Source: an uncultured Verrucomicrobiae bacterium (GTDB lineage: Bacteria; Verrucomicrobiota; Verrucomicrobiia; Chthoniobacterales; JAFAMB01). From it: a DNA stretch of 64,000 bases. The stretch is from NCBI GenBank assembly GCA_963837955.1, contig CAWIPH010000002.1, positions 256,001-320,000 on the forward strand, written 5' to 3'. This document shows, piece by piece, positions 11,844-22,099 of the stretch (position 1 is its first letter; each line of letters opens with the position of its first letter). The position numbers and the translations under genes are program-made. Under the pieces are notes generated by a model, which saw only the letters and a program-made list of their open reading frames with translations, did no database searches and was not told where the DNA came from.

Positions 11844-13007
11844 TCAAACGGTTCTGCAAAAATCCTCAAATCGATCCATGCCGCGGTTGATGATATCCAG
11901 GCTGGTTGCATAGCTAAAACGAATCGTACGGTCATTTCCGAAAGCAATCCCAGGGACGACAACGACATTCGCTTTGCTCAAGAGGCGGTCCGCAAAGTTC
12001 TGTGAGGTAAGACCTAACCTGCCGATATTGGCCAGCACATAGAACGCTCCAAAAGGACGGACGATGCTCAGATTAGCCATCTTGGATAACCGATCCACCA
12101 TGTACTGGCGGCGCAAATCGAACTCTTCGCGCATATCGGAGATGGTCTGCTGATCTCCTTTTAGCGCGGCTAGTGCACCTTTCTGCGCAAACGAGCATGG
12201 ATTCGAAGTAACATGGCTTTGAATGGAATCGATTGCTCGAGCGATCGGTTCCGGCGCACCCAAATAGCCGAGGCGCCACCCTGTCATAGCGTAAGCTTTG
12301 CTGAAGCCGTTTACCGTAATCGCTAAATCGTAATACTCCTGCCCGAGCGATGCTATGCTCACATGCTCGGCGCCTTCGTAAACGAGTTTCTCGTAAATCT
12401 CATCCGCGAGGATCAAAATCTCCTCTTCCGCGGCAACGGCTGCGATCGCCTCCAATTCCTTCCGAGAGTAAACAGCGCCCGTTGGGTTGTTGGGTGAATT
12501 GATGATGATCATCTTCGTCCGCGGCGTCATCGCGTTTTCAAACTCTTCCGCGGTCATTTTCCATCCGTTTTCCTCCTTCGTTTCGACGAAAACCGGATCG
12601 GCGCCCGCCAGTCGCACCATTTCCGGATAGCTCAACCAATACGGTTTCGGAATGATTACCTCGTCGCCGGCTTGGCAAGTAGCGAGAATGGCATTGTAAC
12701 AGGAATGTTTTGCGCCGGTGCTGACAATGACCTGGGACGCACTGTAGTTGAGTTGATTGTCATTATGAAATTTTTCCGAAATTGCTTGCCGGAGTTCGGG
12801 GATCCCCGAGCTAGGAGTGTATTTGGTAAATCCGGCCTCCAGTGAAGCGATGGCTGCAGCTTTGATGTGCTCGGGAGTATCAAAATCGGGTTCACCCGCA
12901 GCAAAGCTGCACACGTCAATCCCTTCGGACTTCATGGCCTTTGCCTTGCTGTCGATCGAAAGAGATAACGATGGTATCAGACTGGTCGCTCTTGCAGAAA
13001 GTTGCAT
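11844..13007 (-). CDS. PLP-dependent class I aminotransferase (aspartate aminotransferase type)
   Basis: GEPDFDTP, NSPNNPTG, DEIYEK, SKAYAMTGWRLG; start placed at ATG 13007. Confidence 0.93.
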   Translation of the reverse strand: MQLSARATSLIPSLSLSIDSKAKAMKSEGIDVCSFAAGEPDFDTPEHIKAAAIASLEAGFTKYTPSSGIPELRQAISEKFHNDNQLNYSASQVIVSTGAKHSCYNAILATCQAGDEVIIPKPYWLSYPEMVRLAGADPVFVETKEENGWKMTAEEFENAMTPRTKMIIINSPNNPTGAVYSRKELEAIAAVAAEEEILILADEIYEKLVYEGAEHVSIASLGQEYYDLAITVNGFSKAYAMTGWRLGYLGAPEPIARAIDSIQSHVTSNPCSFAQKGALAALKGDQQTISDMREEFDLRRQYMVDRLSKMANLSIVRPFGAFYVLANIGRLGLTSQNFADRLLSKANVVVVPGIAFGNDRTIRFSYATSLDIINRGMDRFEDFCRTV

Positions 13008-13117
13008 AAAAATCTTTCCCACGAGTATATGTTACGAGCAGCCATTTCAACCAAGGAATTCCCAGGAACCCGCACCATTCGACCTTCGGCGAATGGATAG
13101 AAAATTGCTCACGTTTG

Positions 13118-13960
13118 CTATCCTCCCTCTGCATCCCGTCTTTGGGCGAGCAAAGTCACCCATTTTCCTCGAACTCTGGTGAGCAAGACATTCGCACCAC
13201 TCCGTTCCAGTAAATGAAGGATTGGCTGCACTTGATCTCGCATGACCCCGGAAAGGACGAAGTGTCCATTCAAAGTCAGGGCCTGAGATAGTCTGGGAAC
13301 AGATTGCCGAAGCAGCTCGCTGTAAAGATTTGCTGTCACAATTTCGTAGGAGGGCTTCGGAATAAAGGATAGGACATCTTGTTTCCAAAAATGGATCCTG
13401 ATTCTTAGCTCGTTTAGCTTGGCATTCTGCTTCGCGGTCCGCACAGCTGTCGGGTCAAAATCAAAGGCGTCGACCTGAGTAGCGCCCAGCTTGGCGGCTG
13501 CAATGGCGAGAATGCCGGCGCCGGTTCCCGCGTCTAACATTCGCCAGTCGCCAGATTTTGGAGCTATATCGCACAAAAGCCGCAAACACCCGGCGGTGGT
13601 TGCGTGCTCGCCCGTGCCGAACGCCAATCCGGCTGGTAGGTAGATATGACGGTTCGGAATTGGCCGCTCATCACCGGGCTCGCGATTGAAGATCTGCAGC
13701 CGGCCCCGAATCGAGATCGGGCGTTTTTGGATCACTGCTCTCACCCAATCTGCGGTCGACTGCTTGAGATTGCGAATCTCCCCGCCAAAACGCTTTACCA
13801 GTAAGTTTGCTTCTCGCCGGGTCACTTCGAAGATCTCAAGACGGATCCGGTTGCTACCACCCAAATGGGTTATGACCAGTCGCTCCCAGCCAAGAAATAG
13901 AAGCCGTTCCTGCCAGCTGTCCGCCCATTTTTCGGTGCTTATCTTACGCCAGACCAGCAT
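13118..13960 (-). CDS. prmA: 50S ribosomal protein L11 methyltransferase
   Basis: PAGLAFGTGEHATT, LDAGTGAGILAIAA, DFDPTAV, LSG. Confidence 0.9.
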   Translation of the reverse strand: MLVWRKISTEKWADSWQERLLFLGWERLVITHLGGSNRIRLEIFEVTRREANLLVKRFGGEIRNLKQSTADWVRAVIQKRPISIRGRLQIFNREPGDERPIPNRHIYLPAGLAFGTGEHATTAGCLRLLCDIAPKSGDWRMLDAGTGAGILAIAAAKLGATQVDAFDFDPTAVRTAKQNAKLNELRIRIHFWKQDVLSFIPKPSYEIVTANLYSELLRQSVPRLSQALTLNGHFVLSGVMRDQVQPILHLLERSGANVLLTRVRGKWVTLLAQRRDAEGG

Positions 13961-14014
13961 TATTTGGATAATCCTTGCCTAGGGAGAATCTTGTTCTTAG
14001 AAGAGGAGTTGCGC

Positions 14015-14320
14015 ATGATTCATCACATCGTTCTCTACAAACCCAAACCGGACGTCACCGCGCAACAGCTTGAGATGATCATGATGCAAACGCGGATGCA
14101 ACTCCTCAAGATCTCGTTTGCTTCAAACGTTCGGTGCGGCCGCAAAATCGACAAGACCAACGATTGGGCCTTTTTTCTGGCCGTCGACTTCGATTCGAAA
14201 GAGCGATTAGCGATGTTTCACGATGACGCCATCTACATCAAATTTGTTGAGGAGATCATTAAGCCCAACATGGCCTCTTCGCTTGTTCTCGACTACGACG
14301 GGGATCCCAAGCGAAAGTAG
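14015..14320 (+). CDS. Dabb (stress-responsive A/B barrel) family protein
   Basis: MIHHIVLYK start and LDY near the end; GAGGAG Shine-Dalgarno before ATG 14015. Confidence 0.8.
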   Translation: MIHHIVLYKPKPDVTAQQLEMIMMQTRMQLLKISFASNVRCGRKIDKTNDWAFFLAVDFDSKERLAMFHDDAIYIKFVEEIIKPNMASSLVLDYDGDPKRK

Positions 14321-15672
14321 GAGTCAAGCTGGGCCGTGACGAAATCGATCTCTTCGCGGGAGATACAGAAGGGAGGGGTAAACGATAAAACATTACCCTC
14401 CGGGCCTCCCCCGAGCAAAATCAGACCGTCTGGCAAAGCTTCGTTTACGATCTGAGCCGCGCGACCCCGGTCGGGGTTGCCATTCGAGTCGACCAATTCC
14501 ACGCCGATCATCAGGCCCAGACCCCGAATCTGCCCAATTGATCGATGGCTGAGAGTTCGAAGCTGCTGCAAAAAGTATTTGCCGATCTGCCGCACCTGTT
14601 CGCCGGTTTTTGGGTCAAGATGCAGCTCGATGGAAGCCAGCGCCATTGCACAACCGATCGGATTGCCCAGAAAGGTTGTGGTGTGCAGGGCTTCTCCGGC
14701 CGACTTCGGCCATGCGTCCATGATCTCTGCGCGTCCCACACACGCGGAGAGAGGGAATCCAGTAGTTAACCCCTTTCCGAGGCAGAGAATGTCGGGATAG
14801 ACACCGAATTGATCGCAGGCGAACAAACTCCCGGTCCGGTTAAACCCAGTGTAGATCTCATCGAAGATCAACAAGATCTTGTACCTATCGCAAATGCTTC
14901 TGAGCAAACGCAAAAAATCCAGCGGGGGAACGACTTCTCCGCCTCTGCCTTGACATGGTTCTACGATAATGCAGCCAATCTCTCGCTGTCGGATAGCTTG
15001 GACGATTTGGTCTTCAATTGACTCCAAGCAGGACGACGCGCAGTTGGGAAATCGGGCGCCCTCCAACCGGTAACCCTCCGACCTGCCAAACGGGCAATGG
15101 AAGCAGGACGGATACGGGACTAGCGTCACATAGTCGCGCAATTGAGATCGGAACGGGTCGCGGAACCAACGGATCCCGATGACTTCTAAAGCGCCGTAGC
15201 CCAAGCCATGATAGCCATTTCGAAACGCAATGACGCCAGGCTTGCCGCTGTGTAGCAGTGAAGTCTTGATAGCAACTTCGACCGCTTCAAAGCCGGAGTT
15301 GCCCAGGGTTGTCTTAGCCAAACCAAGATTCCATCGCTCGAAAGTGATCGCGCTGAGCTTTGCACAGAGCAAAGCCTTGTTAGCGGCAGGATGAACATCT
15401 CCCATCGCGTGAAACAACAGACCGCTTTGGTCCTGAATGGCTTGCCGAATTTTCGGATGCGTGTGGCCATGAGCCGCGACGGCGAAGCCGGCCGTTAGGT
15501 CAATATACCGGTTCTCATCCGCATCCCAAACATTGATCCCGTCGGCTCGCTGCCAGATAATTGGAAACCCCTGAGCTAAATAGGTGACGTTGCGATTCTC
15601 GTACCTCTTCAGGAGCTCGGCCAGTCCTCGCGACCTCGGTCCCGGTATCGGTGTGTGAACACTCGGCAGCAT
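14293..15672 (-). CDS. Class III PLP aminotransferase (GabT-like)
   Basis: DADENRYIDL, NSGFEAVE, EPCQGRGG, DEIYTGFNRTG, GKGLTTGFP; start placed at ATG 15672. Confidence 0.92.
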   Translation of the reverse strand: MLPSVHTPIPGPRSRGLAELLKRYENRNVTYLAQGFPIIWQRADGINVWDADENRYIDLTAGFAVAAHGHTHPKIRQAIQDQSGLLFHAMGDVHPAANKALLCAKLSAITFERWNLGLAKTTLGNSGFEAVEVAIKTSLLHSGKPGVIAFRNGYHGLGYGALEVIGIRWFRDPFRSQLRDYVTLVPYPSCFHCPFGRSEGYRLEGARFPNCASSCLESIEDQIVQAIRQREIGCIIVEPCQGRGGEVVPPLDFLRLLRSICDRYKILLIFDEIYTGFNRTGSLFACDQFGVYPDILCLGKGLTTGFPLSACVGRAEIMDAWPKSAGEALHTTTFLGNPIGCAMALASIELHLDPKTGEQVRQIGKYFLQQLRTLSHRSIGQIRGLGLMIGVELVDSNGNPDRGRAAQIVNEALPDGLILLGGGPEGNVLSFTPPFCISREEIDFVTAQLDSYFRLGSPS

Positions 15673-15765
15673 TGGAATACCAATAGCAGATAGCAAATAG
15701 CAAGGGGCAGATTATCGGATCTGCGATTTTGCTATGCAGCATTCGGTGATAGCCGAATAAGGCGA

Positions 15766-17214
15766 TCAGGCAGGAATCGCGCGCCGGTGCCGAAGCAGTC
15801 CGGCATAAAGGTCTGCGAACGCTTTCGCGGATTCGGCCCACGAGAAGTCGGCAGCAAGACATTGTGCCGTGAGCGCGTTCCAATATTCCTTTCTGTCTCG
15901 TGTCCAGTAGACGCGCTGGATGCTATCCCAAAGTCCCTCGGGATGATTACGATAGTACACGAATCCCCGTCCTTCCTTCTGGACGGGGTCAAAATCGGTA
16001 ATGATCTGACGCAACCCGCTTCGGTAGCTAACGACAGGCACAGTGCCATACCGCAGCGCAGAAATTGCTGTGACGCCACGCGCTCCGAGCGAGCCAGGCA
16101 GGAGTACAACGTCCGAGCCGGCCAGGCTGAGATTCCGGACCCGCGGATCTCCCTGGCGATCATAAGCAAAACGGCGAGGATATTTGCGTTCGGCTACGAT
16201 GACTTGAGGACTGAATTGGACGGGCATTGGCCCCGGGATGATCAGGCGGGCGTTGCCAGTCAACAAGCGGTCAAACAAAGGTACAATCTGAGACGCTCCG
16301 GTTCCGTCATCCGGTTGGACTGGGCAGGTAATCACCAGTTCGGAGCCGTCTGATTCGAGATCGAGTTGATTGAGCAGTTGCTGGCGACAGGCAGACTTAC
16401 CGGGAGTCGCCTCGTTTTTCGAGCGGCGAGGGAGCAGTTTGTCGAACGGCGGATTGGTCTGCGAGTAGTCAATACCGGTCAATATTCCGAAGGTGCGCGC
16501 GCTATTTTCTTGAAGTACCAGGTGGAGACCGGCGCCATGCTCAGGCGATAGGGCATCCTGCAGCGCCATTTCACCGGGAAGTACTACAGCGTCGGCGAAG
16601 AGGATCCCGGACTTTACAAAGTTTAAACGTCCATAAAATTCGACGCCGCGCGGGCTAAAGTAGCTACCGGGCAATCCGGTCAGCGCGAAATCAAAGCTCC
16701 AGAACGAGCCTTGGTACTCAAGATCGTACAAGCTGAGCACGGTTTGAAACGGCAACCGGCGGTCTTTCACAAACACGGGAATCAGCGCGGTCGGCCAATC
16801 ATGGCAATGAATGACGTCTACTGACGGACTCACTCGGCGAGCGAGTTCGACCACAGCCCGGCTAAAGAAAATAAACCGCTCCGAATTATCTTCGTAAGCG
16901 CGCCCGTTGCCCGAGTAAATACCCGAGCGATCGAAGTATTCGTCCCGTCGAACTAGCAAGAGCTGAAATCCCTCAGCAGTCTTTGCTTCGAAAATGGCGG
17001 TGGTGACCTTCTTTTCACCCAAGGAAACATGAAATTCGATTCCGGTGGGCTCGATTGGCCGGCGACTTTCGCGAATCGATCGATAGAGCGGTATCGCGAC
17101 ACTCACTTCATGTCCCAGTCGCTTCAGCTCCAGCGCCAAAGTCCGGACGTGTTCACCGAGCTCGCCGGTGGAAGCCTCTGGGGCAAACTCGCTGGTTGCC
17201 ATCAAAATTTTCAT
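15766..17214 (-). CDS. Glycogen synthase-like protein (GT5) with degenerate catalytic motifs
   Basis: GT5 landmarks SEFAP, DNSERFIFFSRA, HCHDW, YQG, DFSW present; KTGGL, RL-x-QKG and FEPCGL motifs absent. Confidence 0.88.
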   Translation of the reverse strand: MKILMATSEFAPEASTGELGEHVRTLALELKRLGHEVSVAIPLYRSIRESRRPIEPTGIEFHVSLGEKKVTTAIFEAKTAEGFQLLLVRRDEYFDRSGIYSGNGRAYEDNSERFIFFSRAVVELARRVSPSVDVIHCHDWPTALIPVFVKDRRLPFQTVLSLYDLEYQGSFWSFDFALTGLPGSYFSPRGVEFYGRLNFVKSGILFADAVVLPGEMALQDALSPEHGAGLHLVLQENSARTFGILTGIDYSQTNPPFDKLLPRRSKNEATPGKSACRQQLLNQLDLESDGSELVITCPVQPDDGTGASQIVPLFDRLLTGNARLIIPGPMPVQFSPQVIVAERKYPRRFAYDRQGDPRVRNLSLAGSDVVLLPGSLGARGVTAISALRYGTVPVVSYRSGLRQIITDFDPVQKEGRGFVYYRNHPEGLWDSIQRVYWTRDRKEYWNALTAQCLAADFSWAESAKAFADLYAGLLRHRRAIPA

Positions 17215-17372
17215 GAATAAGGTTCCTCCTTGTCCCTAAATTTCCTTCCTACTGCAACATCACACGGTTTCAAATGTAAATCGACGGTCACACTAGCGGC
17301 ATCTTTCACGCGAATCATCCTTGTCAACGCACGGCGACTTGATAAGGTGCCGGATCCTCGATCGTGAGCTTT

Positions 17373-17849
17373 ATGACTTTGGGCTCCCTCCTATCCGTAG
17401 ACCAAATAATCCCCGAAATGAAATCCACCGAAAGGTGGGCCGCGATCGTGGAATTGATCGATCTGTTGGTACAAAAAGGGCACGTGCAGCGCGGGGACCG
17501 AGATCCGGTCCTGCAGGCGCTCCGGCAGCGGGAAGAGACAATGAGCACGGGAATCGGGTTTGGCATTGCCATTCCGCATGCTTCCTCCAATTGCGTAAAC
17601 GAAGTAGTGGCCGCGTTTGGGCGCTCTTCGACCGGCATTGAGTTCGACTCGCTGGACAATTCGCCTGTCAAATTTATTGTACTTTTCGTTGTTCCCAAAG
17701 ACCAATTTCAGGTCCATTTGCGGACCTTGGCAGCTATTGCGAAATTTCTTAACGACAAGTCCGTTCGCGAGCAACTCGGCCGCGCTGATTCCGCCGAGGA
17801 AATCCTAGCCATCTTCGATCATAGGGCGCCTAAGCCTCAGGCTTCGTGA
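17373..17849 (+). CDS. PTS IIA (Ntr/Fru-type) domain protein
   Basis: REETMSTGIGFGIAIPHA with phosphoacceptor His; HLRTLA. Confidence 0.92.
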   Translation: MTLGSLLSVDQIIPEMKSTERWAAIVELIDLLVQKGHVQRGDRDPVLQALRQREETMSTGIGFGIAIPHASSNCVNEVVAAFGRSSTGIEFDSLDNSPVKFIVLFVVPKDQFQVHLRTLAAIAKFLNDKSVREQLGRADSAEEILAIFDHRAPKPQAS

Positions 17850-17853
17850 GCCG

Positions 17854-19557
17854 ATGGCTACCGTCATCGAGACGTTAGAAGAGCGGCTTCACACCGCTCT
17901 TCACTCCTTGGGATTGCCGGTGGATCCAACGATTCAAGTCGTCCCCGCGGCTGACGGGCGCTACGGAGACTATCAAACCAACGCTGGAATGGTCCTGGCT
18001 AAAGAGCGGAAAGAGAATCCGCGACTGCTGGCCGGCCGAATTGCTGAGGCGCTGGATGTACAGGGCATTAGTAAACCTCCCGAAGTTGCAGGTCCCGGTT
18101 TCATTAATTTTTGGTTGGAAAAAAAATTCATTGCCTCACAGCTGATGAGCGCATATGCCGATCCGCGCCTGGGAGTCGGCCGAACGAAGGATTCTAAAAA
18201 GCTCATCATCGAATTCAGCTCGCCGAACATCGCCAAGCCGATGCATGTCGGTCATATTCGGTCGACCGTACTTGGCGATGCATTGGCCCGCATTGCCCGA
18301 TTTATCGGTCACACCGTAATAACCGATAACCATTTGGGTGACTGGGGCACCCAGTTTGGCAAAGTGATTTACGGCTGGAAAAACTTTCGCGATGAAGCTG
18401 CCCTAGCTAGCCGCCCAGTCGACGAGCTCGTCCGCCTTTATCGAGCGGCTGATGCGGCATCTAAAGAGGATCCAGTGATTCTGGAGGCCTGCCGCAATGA
18501 GCTGGTCAAGTTGCAGCAGGGAGATCCGGAAAACACCGAGATCTGGCAAAAGTGCGTTCAGCTTTCCCAAGACGAATTTGCAGGCATTTACCGCAAGCTT
18601 GGAGTCGAGTTCGACCAGCAACTTGGTGAGAGCTTTTTCAATCCGGGGCTTTCAACCATGGTGGAAGACTTGTTGAAAGCTCGGGTCGCCGAGTTGAGCG
18701 AAGGAGCAGTGGTCGTTTGGGACCGGCAGATTTCCGAAGCGCCGTTCATGATTCGTAAATCAGACGGCGGCTTTGGTTACGCTTCCACCGATGTGGCAAC
18801 CCTGGAATATCGCCTTCGGCGCTGGAACCCGGACGGGATCTGGTATGTTGTTGGCACGCCGCAGCAGCTTCATTTTCAACAGCTATTTAGTTTGGCTCGA
18901 AAGCTGGGGATGAAGCTGGATCTGCAGCATGTTGCGTTTGGAAGTATTCTTGGAGAAGATCGAAAACTGATGCGCACGCGATCCGGTGACTCGGTTCCAC
19001 TGCGGGAGTTGCTGGAGGAAGCGGGAACACGAGCAAAGGCGCTTGTTATCGAAAAGAACCCGACCTTGAATCGAGACGAAGTCGAACAAATCGGGCAAAT
19101 CGTCGGAATTGGCGCCGTCAAGTACGCGGAGCTATCTCAACACCGCCTCACCGATTATGTCTTTTCCTGGAGTAAAATGCTCTCCTTCCAAGGAAATACG
19201 GCGCCTTATTTACAAAACGCGTACGTTCGTAGCCGAGCGATATTTCGGCGACTTAAGGAACAGTTTCATCCCCCCTCCGAGATCGGGCTAGGAGATCCTG
19301 CCGAAGAAAGGCTGGCTAAGAAGCTGTTGCAGTTTGGCGAGGTAACTCCGGCTGTGCTTGACGGCTTCCGCCCGAATGTCCTTGCCAATTTTCTCTATGA
19401 GCTGGCGGCCGAATTCCACGTTTTCTACGAACGTTGCCCGGTTCTCACCGCCGAGGCTGACCAAAGGGACCAGCGGCTTCTGCTTTGTGACTTATTCGCG
19501 CGGACGCTGAGTCTGGGACTGAGGTTGCTTGGCATCGATGTGCCGGAGCGGATGTAA
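17854..19557 (+). CDS. argS: Arginine--tRNA ligase
   Basis: SSPNIAKPMHVGHIRS, GDWGTQFG, GNTAPYLQNAYVR, C-terminal ERM. Confidence 0.98.
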   Translation: MATVIETLEERLHTALHSLGLPVDPTIQVVPAADGRYGDYQTNAGMVLAKERKENPRLLAGRIAEALDVQGISKPPEVAGPGFINFWLEKKFIASQLMSAYADPRLGVGRTKDSKKLIIEFSSPNIAKPMHVGHIRSTVLGDALARIARFIGHTVITDNHLGDWGTQFGKVIYGWKNFRDEAALASRPVDELVRLYRAADAASKEDPVILEACRNELVKLQQGDPENTEIWQKCVQLSQDEFAGIYRKLGVEFDQQLGESFFNPGLSTMVEDLLKARVAELSEGAVVVWDRQISEAPFMIRKSDGGFGYASTDVATLEYRLRRWNPDGIWYVVGTPQQLHFQQLFSLARKLGMKLDLQHVAFGSILGEDRKLMRTRSGDSVPLRELLEEAGTRAKALVIEKNPTLNRDEVEQIGQIVGIGAVKYAELSQHRLTDYVFSWSKMLSFQGNTAPYLQNAYVRSRAIFRRLKEQFHPPSEIGLGDPAEERLAKKLLQFGEVTPAVLDGFRPNVLANFLYELAAEFHVFYERCPVLTAEADQRDQRLLLCDLFARTLSLGLRLLGIDVPERM

Positions 19558-19564
19558 ATGCCTG

Positions 19565-19614
19565 AAAAGTAATGTAAAAGTAATGTTCCCCGTTACAAAA
19601 AACTATTTTATAGT
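19565..19614 (+). promoter_or_regulatory. Candidate Pho box (11-bp direct repeat) and -10 element upstream of phoU
   Basis: AAAAGTAATGT twice in tandem (19565-19586), GTTAC at 19592, TATAGT at 19609-19614. Confidence 0.55.
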
Positions 19615-19637
19615 GTGCACAGGGGAGATCACGAATT

Positions 19638-20330
19638 ATGGCGGCGCTTGGCAAGCACATCAGCAGTAATTTCGAGGGGGCGCTCACTGCTCTCCGAAAT
19701 AATGTTCTCATGATGTCGAGCTTGACCGAGCGATTGTTGAATCACGCCATCCAAGGCCTTTTGCAAAGGGACAGCGACCTCTGCAATCTGGCTATTGCTG
19801 ATGATGAGGAAATCGATCTGCTGGAGAAGGAAATAGATCGGGAAGGCATCGAAGTTTTGATCCGGTTCCATCCGGTTGCTTCCGATATGCGGCACATTAT
19901 TTCGGCGATGAGATTGAGCGTGAATCTGGAGCGTATCGCAGACCAATCCGTGCTAATTGCCCGACGAGCCAAAAAACTTAACAAGGAATCGATAGTCTCC
20001 GAGATGTCTTTGCTGGAACCACTCTTTCGCGAGGCTTTGGGGATTTTTCACGACGGGATGAAAGTCTTCGTGGACGGGGACGCTGATTTAGCGCGTCAAC
20101 TCAAGCCGCGTGATCGAATTCTGGATTCACTGAACACGGAAGTGGCTGAAAAATTCATGCAGCGAATCGCTTACGATCCCAGCCGAGTGCAATCTTATAT
20201 CAACCTCATTTTGATCGCGCGTGCACTCGAGCGCGTTGGGGATCATGCGACAAACATTGGAGAAGACGCTTTTTGGGCTTCCCACGCCGAGGATATTCGC
20301 CATACGTACGAAAAGAAAAAAGAAGACTGA
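19638..20330 (+). CDS. phoU: Phosphate signalling protein PhoU
   Basis: Two PhoU repeats: DEEID..E, PVASDMR, LERIAD, LERVGDHATNIGE. Confidence 0.95.
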   Translation: MAALGKHISSNFEGALTALRNNVLMMSSLTERLLNHAIQGLLQRDSDLCNLAIADDEEIDLLEKEIDREGIEVLIRFHPVASDMRHIISAMRLSVNLERIADQSVLIARRAKKLNKESIVSEMSLLEPLFREALGIFHDGMKVFVDGDADLARQLKPRDRILDSLNTEVAEKFMQRIAYDPSRVQSYINLILIARALERVGDHATNIGEDAFWASHAEDIRHTYEKKKED

Positions 20331-20430
20331 TGGAGCGGGGCTGCTCCTGGAATGGCCCAGGATTCGCGACTTTTTATGAGTAGAAATCGACTAGAGACCA
20401 GTGCACCAGGGAAGGTCAGGTTGTTCACAA

Positions 20431-21390
20431 ATGTTTGAATCCAGTTCTGCCAAGAAGATCGCGGTCGTGACAGGCGGTGCCGGTTTTCTGGGGTCTCATT
20501 TGAGCGATCGTCTCATCGCCGAAGGTTTTCGAGTCATCGCCATCGATAATCTGATAACCGGTTCAAGCGATAACATCGCTCACCTCGCCGGAAATCGGGA
20601 CTTCAGGTTCATTCGGCATAATGTCAGCGAATTTATCTTCGTTCCCGGGAGAGTTGACTACGTGTTTCACTTTGCCTCGCCGGCCAGCCCGATCGACTAT
20701 CTTGAGCTGCCAATCCCAACCTTAAAAGTAGGTGCGCTGGGAACACACAATACCCTGGGGTTGGCTAAGGACAAAAAGGCCACCTTCCTGCTCGCTTCCA
20801 CCTCAGAATGCTATGGCGATCCTCTGGTTCATCCGCAAAATGAAGACTATTGGGGTAACGTTAACCCGATCGGTCCGCGCGGGGTGTACGATGAAGCAAA
20901 GCGCTTCGCCGAAGCTATAACGATGGCCTACCATCGGTACCATGGAGTGGATACCAAAATCGTCCGGATTTTTAATACTTATGGACCACGTATGCGCCTG
21001 AGGGATGGTCGAGTCGTCCCGGCGTTCATTAGCCAAGCGCTGAACCGGGAACCTTTGACCGTATTTGGTGACGGCAGCCAGACGCGTAGTTTTTGCTACG
21101 TTTCCGATCTGATCGATGGCATTTTTCGGCTCGCCCTGAGTGATTACCACGAACCGGTCAACATCGGGAACCCCCAGGAAATGACAATTCTCGATTTTGC
21201 TAGCAAGATTCTGGATATTACTGGGGCTCAATCGCAAATAATCACCAAGCCCCTGCCGGTAGATGATCCGAAAGTTCGGCAGCCCGATATTGGCCGGGCC
21301 AAGAAGCTGTTAGGTTGGCAGCCCAAGGTCGATTTTGAAGCAGGAATTCGAGAGACGATCTTGTATTTTAAGGAAAAGTTAGGGATTTAG
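20431..21390 (+). CDS. UDP-glucuronic acid decarboxylase family (extended SDR)
   Basis: [44 protein letters not shown]; start placed at ATG 20431. Confidence 0.93.
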   Translation: MFESSSAKKIAVVTGGAGFLGSHLSDRLIAEGFRVIAIDNLITGSSDNIAHLAGNRDFRFIRHNVSEFIFVPGRVDYVFHFASPASPIDYLELPIPTLKVGALGTHNTLGLAKDKKATFLLASTSECYGDPLVHPQNEDYWGNVNPIGPRGVYDEAKRFAEAITMAYHRYHGVDTKIVRIFNTYGPRMRLRDGRVVPAFISQALNREPLTVFGDGSQTRSFCYVSDLIDGIFRLALSDYHEPVNIGNPQEMTILDFASKILDITGAQSQIITKPLPVDDPKVRQPDIGRAKKLLGWQPKVDFEAGIRETILYFKEKLGI

Positions 21391-21484
21391 AGCTCCGTCC
21401 TGTTCTCTCAAAGATTCGCCGCATCTGCCTCCGCTTCTTCGGGAGCGTTTATCAGCTTCCTATTCAGCCCCAGTACAACAAAGT

Positions 21485-22099
21485 ATGTCAGCCATTGGCA
21501 TTACCGGTGGAATAGCCACCGGAAAATCAACGGTCGCTTCCGCCCTTCACAAATCGCTCTCTCCGCGTCTGCCAGTGGAGTGGTTCAGCGCCGATTTTGA
21601 AGCGAGAAGATTGACGGACTGCGATTTGCATGTACAAGAGGAGATTGAGTCGGTCTTCGGGGCGCAGCTGTTCGACAGCGAGCGGCGCTTACAACGGGAG
21701 CGGTTACGGGAGCTAATCTTCCGGGACCCGTCAGCGCGCAAGAAACTTGAGAGCATTCTGCACCCGCGTATCCGATCGGCATGGCTGGCGCGAGCAAATA
21801 CCGGCACCCTGCTTCTTGCCGAAATTCCACTGTTGTTTGAGACAAAAGCAGAAGAACACCTTGATTTAGTCGTTGTTACCGCATGCAGCCGATCGGCCCA
21901 GATATACAGGTTAATTAAGGTACGTGGATTGCGGCCAGATTTGGTGGAACACATGATCGCGGCGCAAATGCCGCTCGAGGAGAAAATCGAGCGGGCGGAC
22001 CGTTTGGTCTGGACCGATTGCCCGCCCAAAATCACTGCTGCCCAAATCGATCACCTAGCTACGGAACTAACGGAACGTTATGGAGAGTCAACCAACTGA
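21485..22099 (+). CDS. coaE: Dephospho-CoA kinase
   Basis: GITGGIATGKST, LESILHPRI, EIPLLFE, AQMPLEEK. Confidence 0.95.
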   Translation: MSAIGITGGIATGKSTVASALHKSLSPRLPVEWFSADFEARRLTDCDLHVQEEIESVFGAQLFDSERRLQRERLRELIFRDPSARKKLESILHPRIRSAWLARANTGTLLLAEIPLLFETKAEEHLDLVVVTACSRSAQIYRLIKVRGLRPDLVEHMIAAQMPLEEKIERADRLVWTDCPPKITAAQIDHLATELTERYGESTN

